From the NCBI GenBank assembly GCA_002633005.1, contig NMRA01000963.1:17895-64656 (forward strand): a stretch of DNA of 46,762 nucleotides, in the 5' to 3' direction. Below the pieces are notes generated by a model, which did no database searches, was not told the origin of the DNA, and saw only the letters and a list, made by a program, of their open reading frames with translations. This document shows, in pieces, positions 24,251 through 36,000 of the stretch. Origin of the DNA: Phoronis australis. Its lineage: Eukaryota; Animalia; Phoronida. Positions within the stretch are counted from its first letter, which is position 1. Each line of letters begins with the position of its first letter. The translations under genes and the position numbers were made by a program.

Positions 24251-24539
24251 AATTAATAGTAGTGCCCATCCTAGTTTACGTATTTGTAACCTGCACGGAT
24301 TACGTGTAATCTATACACATACATGTACACTTACATGTATTAACTATGAGGAGGCAGTGTGGCTTAGTGTCCTCCCTCTATTCAAGATTGTCACAAGGGG
24401 CACACTGCTGGTCGCGTGAGTCAAGTCCCTAAATCCTCAGCTCCGTTTCAATTAATACAGCATAAAGATGGTCCAAGGGGATCATGGCGATGGGCATTCC
24501 TGAGCGGCATTTGTAGGTCTGGTAGAACAATATTTTCAA

Positions 24540-25006
24540 CCATTTATTGAGATATTGGGAGGATATCTTAGTCCAGCATTTAGCTATCCCTTATTCGTGG
24601 TATAATGGAATCACAGAAATGCTAATTCCTCATTTCCATAAATTTAACAATTCGTCGCGCGAGATAGATGAATTTTCATTGTTTCAGTTCACCGTGACTC
24701 TTGACCTCTCACTTGACCTTTACTTTGACCTTGCATCCATAAAATCATATCAGAATTGGACTCTCCGTCCCAAAAAGTCATTGGAAACCTTAAATTGCAG
24801 GATCCTACACGTTATCATCTTCTGAGTATGGAAATTTAGCGAAATTCAAGATGGCGGAAGCTGCCATCTTGAATTATAAAAAATGTTAAAAGTTGCGCAA
24901 GGAGCAACCAAGTTAATTTTATTCGACTAACCACATATAGTAAATTTCTAAAAGAAAGCTTTACAGTAAACAACATTGCAGGGTCAACTTTTTGGCAACT
25001 AGACTA
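24540..25006. mobile_element. Terminal fragment of a second Academ-like family
   Basis: Ends GGGTCAACTTTTTGGCAACTAGACTA (TAGTCTAG-type terminus); contains CAAGATGGCGG..GCCATCTTG palindrome and TGACCT repeats. Left boundary uncertain. Confidence 0.45.
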
Positions 25007-25313
25007 CCACTAGATGGCGCAAACTACGTCAAATCCATCCGTAAACGAGGGGATAGCGTCATCTCACTAATAAATGCTTATACTTCCTAATTTTCTGAAA
25101 ATCCGTTAAGAGCAAAAAAACTAAAATTGCCAATAGGGTGAACACCGGTAGTCGAATTCGTGCGAAAGTTCGCTCATGCCGTCCCATCTATGGAGGAAGA
25201 TATGTGCAAATTTTCATGTGCGTACGTCAAATGTTTTGGAGATAGAGCAGCGGACGCAAAGAGATGACGGCATAATGCATCCACATATACATGTAAATAT
25301 GTGGACGCATAAA
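25007..25313 (-). mobile_element. Second HINE terminal fragment
   Basis: Homologous to 9870-9908 and 21373-21643; begins with CCACTAGATGGCGC and ends in the same hairpin. Confidence 0.72.
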
Positions 25314-26097
25314 AATCACAAAAATCCGTCAACGACAGATGTTTATTGTTTACACAATGAACATACACATACACGCACACACCGACATACGAACGCACGC
25401 AGGACCGTACACAAACAGGCATGCGTGCACATATAAACAAAAATAAAAACGCAAACTCCCTCCCTCAATTGACGGAGGTGACAAATGCAGTACAGCCACT
25501 GAATTATTAGACTCTTTCCGATGTCTCTCCGGTCTAGCCACCCGTGACCGTAACCGGAGACAGACTTGTATCACAAATGTTAAAATGACTTTTACTGAAA
25601 CGGATTCAACGACTTCAGTTAAAGTCTTTTTGATTGTCGAAAGCATATATTATGCTGCCCACAACGTGGCAATATTCTTCACCATGATTTGCTTTAAATA
25701 GTTTTCATGCTATCATTTCGCATCTCAGCAAAATCATCTAAAACCCTTCTTAGTTGGGCTTCCTCAGATTTAATTGCATTTGGTTTTGCTCCATTAGCCT
25801 AGTACTCAACTTGAGCGATTGAACTTGATTCAAAGCCCTCTAAAGTGTTGTTAAAATCTTCACAGCATTGAGTACAGGCATATTGACATAGGATCTGTTA
25901 AGATCATCAAAATTACAAAAACAACTAGATTATGAAAAATAAGTATGACAGTCTTGGTTGTTTCCACGGGGGATCGTTGCATTCACATATGCAGACGACA
26001 CGAAGAGTGACGACTCTACCACAGTTGTTCACAGGTGGCCCGCAGAACGCCCGTAGGGCAACGCCGCCCGCAACAGGAAAAGTCATTACGTCTGCTT

Positions 26098-26257
26098 TTA
26101 AACTTGCTCGCATTGTATTAACACCTTAATGGCGCCTCCTGCCTGAGTGTGAGTGATGTCAAACGCTTCTGAAACTTGCTCAAGTTTGAAACGATGAGTC
26201 ACCAGCTGCTTCACGTTGACACTTCCTGATGCAACCATAGCTAAAGAAGTTGGGTAG
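26098..26257 (-). CDS. SORD: SORD-like exon 8 (last)
   Basis: (C)[52 protein letters not shown]. Confidence 0.92.
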
Positions 26258-29200
26258 CTGTAGAAAAAATAACAGAAGAGCCTTAAATAAAGTCTTTAAG
26301 TCAGTCCTGGGGTCCGTGTCATGAAATGATATTTCTTTTTAAGTCTTAAAGGACTCGATTATTGAACAGTCGGTTCATGACACTAACATGTAAGCAATTC
26401 CTTGAAGTTGGCACCCCAGATGGGGAAACTTCAGATGTTCCCGTTTATCAAATATGGAAACGAGTCGAGCTCTTTGAACCTGGGACACAAAAACTCTCAA
26501 AGCCTCACGTCCATGGTTTCTTTAGCAATAGTGTCGAAAATAATTAATGGGGATGCTCGGAAAACCTGATCTGCAATTATTATTGTTAAAGGAAGTGCTT
26601 AGAGATCAACATTCGTTTTGATATATTACATGTGTACAAAAAAACTCTGCGTGAATTGAATTTTAACCGCGTTATTCGATAAACTCAGTTCCGACCAACT
26701 TAATCTAAAAAAAGAACTACGCATATGCAGGGTGTTTTTTGGTAATTAACCATAACTGAATTTGATCTAAAACATTAAGTTTAAATAACTGTAATTTCTT
26801 TTCACAAACGATTAATATCTCGAAACGCGCATAGAAAGTATACGAGGCGTTAAATGTATTGTCTTGTAATTAGAGCCACGATTTTGTGTTGCTTGATTGA
26901 CGACATAATAAGAAAGCTGCACGCTACTGACACTAGTGTTTATTATGACGAAAGCTGGAGAATTGGAAGGCGGGAAAACTCACTAAACTCTCATCTGCAA
27001 TAGTGTTCATGCGCATCACTTATGATTTAGAATTCAGACTCCATTTATTACTTCATATCAACGTTCAAGTTCCGCTCATGCGTTTTTTGTCCACTCAGCA
27101 TCCGGGAATGTTTTGCACAAGTGAGAACAGCAGCCATTCCACTTTTTTTGGCATGTGGCACCGTTTATCGGCATGGCACTCCAAAAACAAATGTCCATTT
27201 TAACAACAAAAATTCTCATCTGCAGAATGTCAGTTTCTAGATAACCTCTAAAACCTCCAATTACCAGTTCTGATATCTTTGGACACCTCGAATATCAATC
27301 TCTCTCCTTGCCACGATTTTAACCAGCTTCAACGGCACGACATCTGTACCCAGTCCTACTAAGACGAACACACCTCCAGATTTAGTTGCCTGAAAAACAC
27401 GGAATGCTAAACTTGATGGTTCATAAATTATACCTCCCGATGGCAGTGGTAGCGGTCATGAAAACCCGCTTCCGCATGCCAGCTGCTTTACATGATTCGC
27501 AAGTATAGCACACGTTGGGAATTTCAATGTTCAGAAATCTTCTCCAATGACACTGCAAGGATTTGGACAGAACTGTGCTCATATATTTGTGTGGACAACA
27601 AAGGTAAAAATATTCCTATTCCCAGGTCCAGTGAAAATCCGTCTTTAAACTAACCGCAAGTCCCGCTTGAACTCCCGACTCTGAACCACTGCATTCGATG
27701 GTGACGTCGGATGGACCCCCTAGAGCGTCGTGGATGGCACTGGCAACTTCTTGCGAGTCAGTTGAATTCACCAAAACAGTACAGTCGGCCCCCATTTGCT
27801 TGGCTACTTGTAGACGGCTCTCGGATACATCTGCAGAAAGTAAATGAGATTTGTGTGAGCAGATGAACAACCATACACGGTATGCTAAGAATGATTTGTT
27901 AAACGCAGTTAGGTCAGCTTTATCAATAGTTGCCGTTGCAAATTCCCACTAATGCAAAATTATAACTATGGCGGATCGGAAATCCTTTGAAGCTACAAAT
28001 TGCCAACAACATGTTTTGCTAATATTCCAGTACAACTGCTGCCACCAAGTAAGGAGTTAAAAGGTCATCGAGAAGCAACATACATATTGAACCCAGCGGC
28101 ATACCATGATGCCAAGCATTCGAGCCCATTCATAGACTACACGCACATGTACGCCAGGCAATTGACGAACCAAGCTTCATTCATGCAGGCGTCTGTTTCC
28201 ACGGCGGTTGGAGCGAAATGCGGTGTTTCGTATAGTACTAATTTGCATTGTGGCACAGATTATGATGGCAAACCTACATGTACTGTCACCCAATTTCAGT
28301 CCCTTTGAGAGTTTTCAGTGTCCTGTGGCGGTCACGTGTTTTTTTCTTTAGATGAAGTTTCAATCCACGTTCATTTCATAAAATTAAAATATATTTGCGA
28401 AACCTTACATGTATGTAGATAACCTTCCTCCTGGGACGTTTACATGTACGTTACGGGCAAAACCACCGTTTCTTTTTATTTGCCAAAACGTGTGAATGCA
28501 AAACGAATCGCTAAACCAGATAATAGAACTCTAGCCCTTTAAATGCCAACTCCTTCCCGCACCACACACGATGCGCAGCGCATGCTTAGAGATTGTTTGC
28601 ATTGGTTTGTTAAGGTGTTGGTTCTTGCTACAGAATTTATTGTCATTAAAACTTTTCGCAACTCGGTGTTTTTTCAATGGAATTACACACCACGCCCTTT
28701 TCCAGCTCATCATGGTGTATGGTTATGACAGAAGCAAAAGGTAAGCAAATTAAATTCATAATTACTTATAATTTCGCATACTTGACAGGTTTAAAAACAT
28801 TAGTGTTTAATTCTTAGAGTGTTACTAAAATGCGAAATATAATAGGGATTAAATAGTAACATGAAAAAGAAATGAATTAAATGAGTGCTTAAACTAGAAC
28901 GGAAGTGATTTCAATGAACGACTCAAAAGAATACTACACCATATAGACCATAGATTTTAAAAGCACTTACATGTACGGCTGCTGCGAAGATTTGCCTGGC
29001 ATTGATTCAAAATTTTACTTTAATATATATTAGTAGGGCCTTTGAAGCTGTTTGATACAATTGCGTTCTTCAGGATGCAGTGACATTTACAAAAATGGTC
29101 AACTAATTAAAAGGTGCAAAATATATTATGTAGCTTTCAAAACATATTGGGGACAGCTCAATACGTTTCTTGCAGTGTAGGACTTTCCACAGAAGCTTAG

Positions 29201-30023
29201 AACTACACACATTCCTTCAGAAAGTGACTTTGATACAGTACTGTACACGTAGAGTATGCTAATGTAAAAAGAAACATTGGAAAACATATAATTGATATTT
29301 TAGTAAAGAAAGTGAACTCGTGAAAATAACAATATTCATAACAGAACGTTGTTTTGAGTAGATGTTGCTACTTACGGTTAACATTTGAGAATGGAAAAAA
29401 GGGCATTAAACTGGATTGAAAAGCGGAATTTCTGGATAGACAGCGGAGCATCTGTTTCTAACGCTAAACGCAATGAAGAAATATTCGCCCCAATACAAGA
29501 ATGGTCCTGACAGCGTCCTTTGCCGAACGGGAAATGTAACAGCCAAAAGCATTCAACGACGTTTTTTGTTATCGTTTTAGTCGCAAAAACATGAAACTTA
29601 CCGTGTTTTCTTTTTAGTCTAGCGGGAAAATATGAGTATGTCCGCTGAGAAATTAGAATTCGGGGTAGTTTATGATAAAATATCAACTTGGCCGTGTGTC
29701 AAAAAGCGGAACATTTTGATGGTGTGCCGGAAAACAATAAAAAAGTGGGACTGTCCCTCAAGAGCGTGGCATTTGGTAATTACACTGCACGCTTTTAGTA
29801 ACACAGGGTATTGGATTGGATTCTTTTGTAAGGTAGACTTTTTATTTTCTTTAAATTTTACTTACATTGCAGGTATCAGCTCTGCTCAGAAATCGGATTA
29901 ACAAAAAAAAACGGTATCTGGGCAGCAGGTAGACCTTGCACAAATTAATTATTTGAGAAACAATTCAAAACAGTAATAGTATATTCATGCACACACACAC
30001 GCACGCACGCACACTCGCACACA

Positions 30024-30068
<45 letters not shown>

Positions 30069-33000
30069 TGCGGGCTTTCGGCTGTCACACGTGTATAATT
30101 GACTCATGACGGATCACTGCTGTGAATCCGCAGCGCGTGAAATGTGTCAAAGATCCTGGATAATCATGTGGATTAAGAATGTGTGAACAGAGTATCATTG
30201 GAGCCTACATGTTTAGAGAAATACGAAAGGTTTCCGGGAGAATTAGAGATTGGCAGTGTAAGCAGCCAGATCACACGCCTGACGGCCGTTGACGTGCATA
30301 CCCCTACAGAGCGCTAAACACACGTGTGGTCGCACGTGGTGACTGCGTTAGAAGAAACCAGGGACGCTTACCAGTTAAACAGACTGCCGCCGCACCCATC
30401 GCTTTTGCTGTCAACATGTTGGCTAGTCCAATGGGACCTGCTCCACACAGTAACACTTTGTGGCCTACAGCCACCCCTCCTCGTCGACAAGCATACACTG
30501 CCACGCTGAGCGGTTCAAGAAGTGCACCCTCTTCAAAAGACACGCTGTCCGGAAGTCTAGCAGAGAGTCGAAAATTTGAATTAGGTTCCTGCTGTTGCAA
30601 AGGGGGGAATGATTTTCAACTTAAACCAACAGCAAAGAAGGAGTTAAATTAAATCACGATAAAGGGGTCTATTTGGTTTTAGGACACAGACACATTGTTG
30701 GATAAATGTTGGATCGTTGTTTTCATTAGCTGCCATCTTTCCAATGCAATTTGACTTTCGATTGTTCTTGTTAATTGTTTTTTTAAGTGTAAACAAAGCA
30801 TTACATCGACTAGTTTACATTGAACACTATTTTCACAGATTGGATAATGATACATCAATCGACTTGCTCTCCGAGTCTGAAACTAAAAATCGAATTGCCT
30901 CGCGCAAGTACACAATTCGATTTTAAAAAACCAAATCCCCTTTGAAAACTCGATAACCCGGCAAACTGATTATTACACTGTACATGCAACTGCTAAGCGA
31001 CATGCAAACTACATCCGGTTAACTATTCCCAAAGTACTGTGCATGTTTCGATATCATGCATGCAATCTATTTAAATAAGAAGACTGCTTTGAGGAAAATG
31101 ATCTCGCCAGTAATTTGAGGTAACAGTTTTCAACTGGAGGGTTGAGATCTTCACAGGATTTTGAGGAAACAAAAACGAATATAAAACATAAAACATGTTA
31201 AAAGCAGACAGGGCAAGTAGCCAAGTGTTTTAAACACTTTTAACAGCTAAGGCCGTCGGGCACTATTTCAGTTGATTTTATCGAGTAACTGGAACCCACA
31301 GCCGGAAATCGGCGAAATCTAGCAATAGAATCAAAAAAATAAATCAAAGTCTATTGTCTTGAAACAATGGCCAAAGCTTTTAGAAGTTTATGGTGCCAGG
31401 CAAAGATCCATATGCGCATTTTGGGCCCCGAAACTGAGCGCGTCCTTTAAATGGGTTGGATGAGGTTGCACCATATTTAATGTAAACTACATGTAATAGT
31501 GTCAATCTATGTCAAAAACTGGATGACGAGAAAGAATCAAAATAAAACTTGTCAAGTCTTACTATCTAAGCAACGATGACGTAATTCACCTCAAGTAGGC
31601 CTAATATGCAAACGATCGCTTGTGAACCATTTAAGAACCGTGCGATTATAACTTGATTTCGGTGTTTCTAGACATTGAAGGAAAGTGGATTGCCATTGAG
31701 TTACAAGACCGCTTTCATAATATGCAATTTACTCTTCACATTACACCAAAATGTTCGAAGCAGCACGTTCATTATAAAACAGGGGGTTGCTTTTGTTTAT
31801 ATTCAAAGCTGGGGATATAGTAGAAGTTACTTTTTGAGTACAGCGGAACATGGATTTAGGGACCACTACATGTATAACATAAAAATCCTATCACGGTAAA
31901 AACGGGCAGATTTCTAAATTTTCAGGACGACAAAAACCTGTTATAAATGCAATCATGGAATACTCCACATCGTTTTCGCTAATTTCGTGTGGGCAAGCGC
32001 GTGACCACCGTTGCCAATTGTGTTGAAAACGCACGTATCAACGTTGAAATGAAATCATACTTGTAGCAGAAATCTGCTCGGTGACAACAGTATCGCTGCA
32101 GGAAGCCATGAGTAGGGAAATCGGAACAAAACTTAATATCAGGGCATAGGTTGTAGCGACCTCCTTTGCAGACTCCACACTTCAGGCAAGGGACACCAGG
32201 TTCTAGGGCAACACGATCGCCTAGAAAGAACAGGCGCCAACAAGATTAACGAAAAATACTGTAGCAATCATGCAATGACACTTGTTCTGCATACCACCCT
32301 CTAAAAATTACATCTCCTCTTTCTGTCAGTCTCTCTATTCCCTTCCTCCTTAGACTTTCTTTCTCGTCTCCCCAGTATCTCCCGCCAAGAGAAAAGTGCC
32401 GCATCAATGCGCCGTCAGAGAACAATTACAACATATTAGGAAATAGCTTGCGCGTACTTATAGAGTGCAACACTGTGTTTGGTCGACAGCGCTGCGGTAG
32501 GAACGACCGGCGGCCTGTCCGTTGTCGTAGTGATTTTCTGTCCTACCGAAAGGGACATAATTTATAAAAAACCCTTTTCATTATGATCATAGACCCATCA
32601 AATAGCCTGTCTCTACAAACAGGTGAAAATGATTGACTGGTCTACGTTTATTACTATGCGCAATAACAATGAACCATTACACGTATAGGTACGTTATCTA
32701 TAGCTGTTTTCTGGCACATGAATACCCATTGCAGTTCGTGTTCCTGCCTGGGAGAAGCACTGTTTCTCAATTAAGTGAAATTATCCAGAATATACACTCT
32801 TAATATCTGAGTGACAACAACTCCATGTCCGTCTTTTTAGATTGAGCTTTAGCGCTTGACGTTGTACTTCGTGACTTGCTATTAATAAAATCGACTTCTT
32901 AGGAATCACTGACGTCTTGGTCAACTTTTTCAGAACCTGTCTTTTCTGTCACCTTTTTAGAGTCAGAGTAGATAGAGTGTTGTCTAGTGAGACGCCTCAG

Positions 33001-36000
33001 GGTTTTATAAACACAGGAGTACCTCGTAGTGGTTTCCCCGGAACCACGTCCTTGCAACTGTGCTCTCTGAGGCTCAAATCGAGTTGTATGTAAACTATCT
33101 TATTCCAGCACCGCTTACTTCAAGTTTCAAACAAAGACAAGAGCTTTTTGAGACAGTCACAAAGATTATTTCATTGGTAGAAATTAACAAACCGAAACTG
33201 AAGGGCTTTTGTAAATACATATTGCTAGCAGAAAATGTGAACAAATCGTTATGGTTCACACTCACTTACATGTACATACAGATGACAGGCTCCCAGATTA
33301 ATTAAACGTGGAAATGTGATGCTTATAACGAAACCAAAAAGCGAGTCTTGGAAAGTGTAACTCTAACTATTGTTCCCCTCATTCGACTCAAGAACGTACT
33401 GAACATCCTGCCACTAGGCCAATGTCCTTCAGAGGTCGATCTGAAAGAGCGCACGCTCCCACAAAAAAGTCATCACAACATTTTTGCCGTGGTCTCGAGA
33501 CCGGTGATTTTTGATGGCGCCTCCTAGCGACCAAATATTTCAAAATGTACTTGTTATAATTTATTGATCCGACATGAGTAAATAGCACAAGCTAGCAAGT
33601 GTTGGCTTCCTAGTGCAGTTACAAGTTTTCTCCGGGGCGAGAAACCCCTGTTTGATCACAATAAAACGCGGATGGGATCAAATTCAGCTTGCTGTCAACA
33701 CTTCAATACAGAACAGTCGTGCAGTGGGATAACATCTAATGTAGGTCTGGGGTACCGGTCTTGGTTATAACTTTGATAAGGTAAACTTTACACCCCAAAT
33801 GTTTACCTTGCATAATAAAGCGAAGAACAACACCACAACCTAGAGAGCTGTTGCATAACTCAAAGTGGTTCCGTTGATCTCGGATAAAATGTGGCTACAA
33901 AATGATGTACAGAGCTTCGACTTGCTGACACCTACAGTCAAGAGGCACGTTTAAAGCGAATAGGGAAAATGTTTTAATTATATTTAAATGTTTACATCGC
34001 CGTTTGTTGTCTGTGTAAAACAACAGCAGAAATCCCATGCAGAATCTCACTTAGGCCTACATGTAATATGAGCCCATGTGCTGCAAAATTCAAGTACTGA
34101 CGGCATGAATTGACTAACACCATTTACTTTAAAGTAAAGCATTCTATGACGGCGTCAATCCCATAGAGGGCAGTGTAAATTCCTGCTTGTTACTCTGTCT
34201 AGTTCTCTACCACGCTTGTGCGCATGCTCTAAGCTTCCCAGACTCAAAATTGGGCATCCATGTACTAAAAACCCATGCCCTGGAATGCGTACGCATCGAT
34301 TTTCACTAATTGTTTGAAAGTCTCTGAAATACTCACCGACTTTAAAGTGCTGGACACCTTCTCCCAATGCAACGATGGTCCCACTCGCTTCATGACCCAG
34401 GATCAGCGGCCCCGTGATGGGGACACCTGACATCGACATGTTCTTCCAACGGTGGATATCGGACCCACAGATACCTACTGAGTGTACCCGTACCTGAACC
34501 TCTAGAAAAGCAAACGTTTTAACTAGGGTAAACATCCAAAGCAAGTACCCACCGAGTTGGTAGAGTCGGCTCAAGAAACCTTCCGCCAAAGACATGTATA
34601 CTTAACACGACTGAGGTCGCTTGGAATAATTGGTGAACAATTAACATAGGCGCCCCCAGGGGGCGGGGGGGCTCGGCAAGGCTCGAACGAGCCCTCCAAT
34701 TTGGCAAATTGGGCAAAAACGTCCGCCTCAGTAAAACAAAACTTCTGAGTAAATGAGACAAATGACGATAAGAATTCGGCGCGGATGCACGATTGGCAGG
34801 CCTGAACCTAGTGGCCCTGTTTATAGGGTCGGTGCACGCATATTTAATACTTGATTAAACCAACGGAAACTGGTCACCAGTATTAAAATGGGAACTAAAC
34901 TTGTATGGAAACACGGGATCTATTCAACAAGAACACGTAGCGTAACTGTGTTACATCTAGTATGAAATAGCCCATATAATCTTAAAGTCAATATTTCACT
35001 AAAAGAAGATGTAATGTTCAGGGAGTTTCCGTTTCCAATCTGTACGTTTCGTCTGCTGCACTTCTGAAAATGTTTGCTTGGATAAGTGTCCAGGACGCAA
35101 ATTTTGTGAGTGGCCAGATTCGAACCGCGCGCAAGCACGAAGTCTGCGTAGCCNACGATTGGCAGGCCTGAACCTAGTGGCCCTGTTTTTAGGGTGGGTG
35201 CACGCATATTTAATACTTGATTAAACCAACGGAAACTGGTCACCAGTATTAAGATGGGAACTAAACTTGTATGGAAACACGGGATCTATTCAACAAGAAC
35301 ACGTAGCGTAACTGTGTTACATCTAGTATGAAATAGCCCATATAATCTTAAAGTCAATATTTCACTAAAAGAAGATGTAATGTTCAGGGAGTTTCCGTTT
35401 CCAATCTGTACGTTTCGTCTGCTGCACTTCTGAAAATGTTTGCTTGGATAAGTGTCCAGGACGCAAATTTTGTGAGTGGCCAGATTCGAACCGCGCGCAA
35501 GCACGAAGTCTGCGTAGCCTCGTTCCCACTTCACGTATTGTTCCTGACTGTATACAGTAGATGTTAGTCTATGGTTAATAATGATTAGACAACAGATTGA
35601 TAACGTGCAAATTATCAACTAAGACCGGGCTTCCCAACATGGGCAAAGATTGGTCACCTTGTTGTAATCGATTTTGTTTAATCCACGTTGCCGTCCGCTC
35701 AGAAGGTGTAGCGCTGGTAAAAATTCACGCACCGTGTAGACAGGGCTGGTGTTAGTTCGGAGTAAATGAAAGGGTATTGCGCACTGACGCAACCCTTATC
35801 CTACACTACTGCATCTGTGTTAGTATACAGTGTAATGCTGAGTTCACTGTGCCGGTTTGCATGAAACAGTCCCAAATAGGGACTCAGCTAAGTTTCCTAA
35901 ATCGTATGCGTAATCGTGTTTTTGTTTACATACAGATGCGAGCTCCTTCTTTCATTTCATCTTCATTATGAGCTCCTCTTTGACTGATGATATTTTCTAA

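Noticed and set aside
25174-25646. Overlapping ORFs rich in C/V/R or H/T
   Set aside because: They derive from a HINE end and an imperfect (CA)/(GCAC) simple repeat.
34789-35519. Biological tandem duplication and its twin ORFs (34920-35243, 35286-35618)
   Set aside because: Copies are joined at a single N and differ by about 3 nt, typical of unmerged allelic contig ends; the ORFs have no recognisable motifs.
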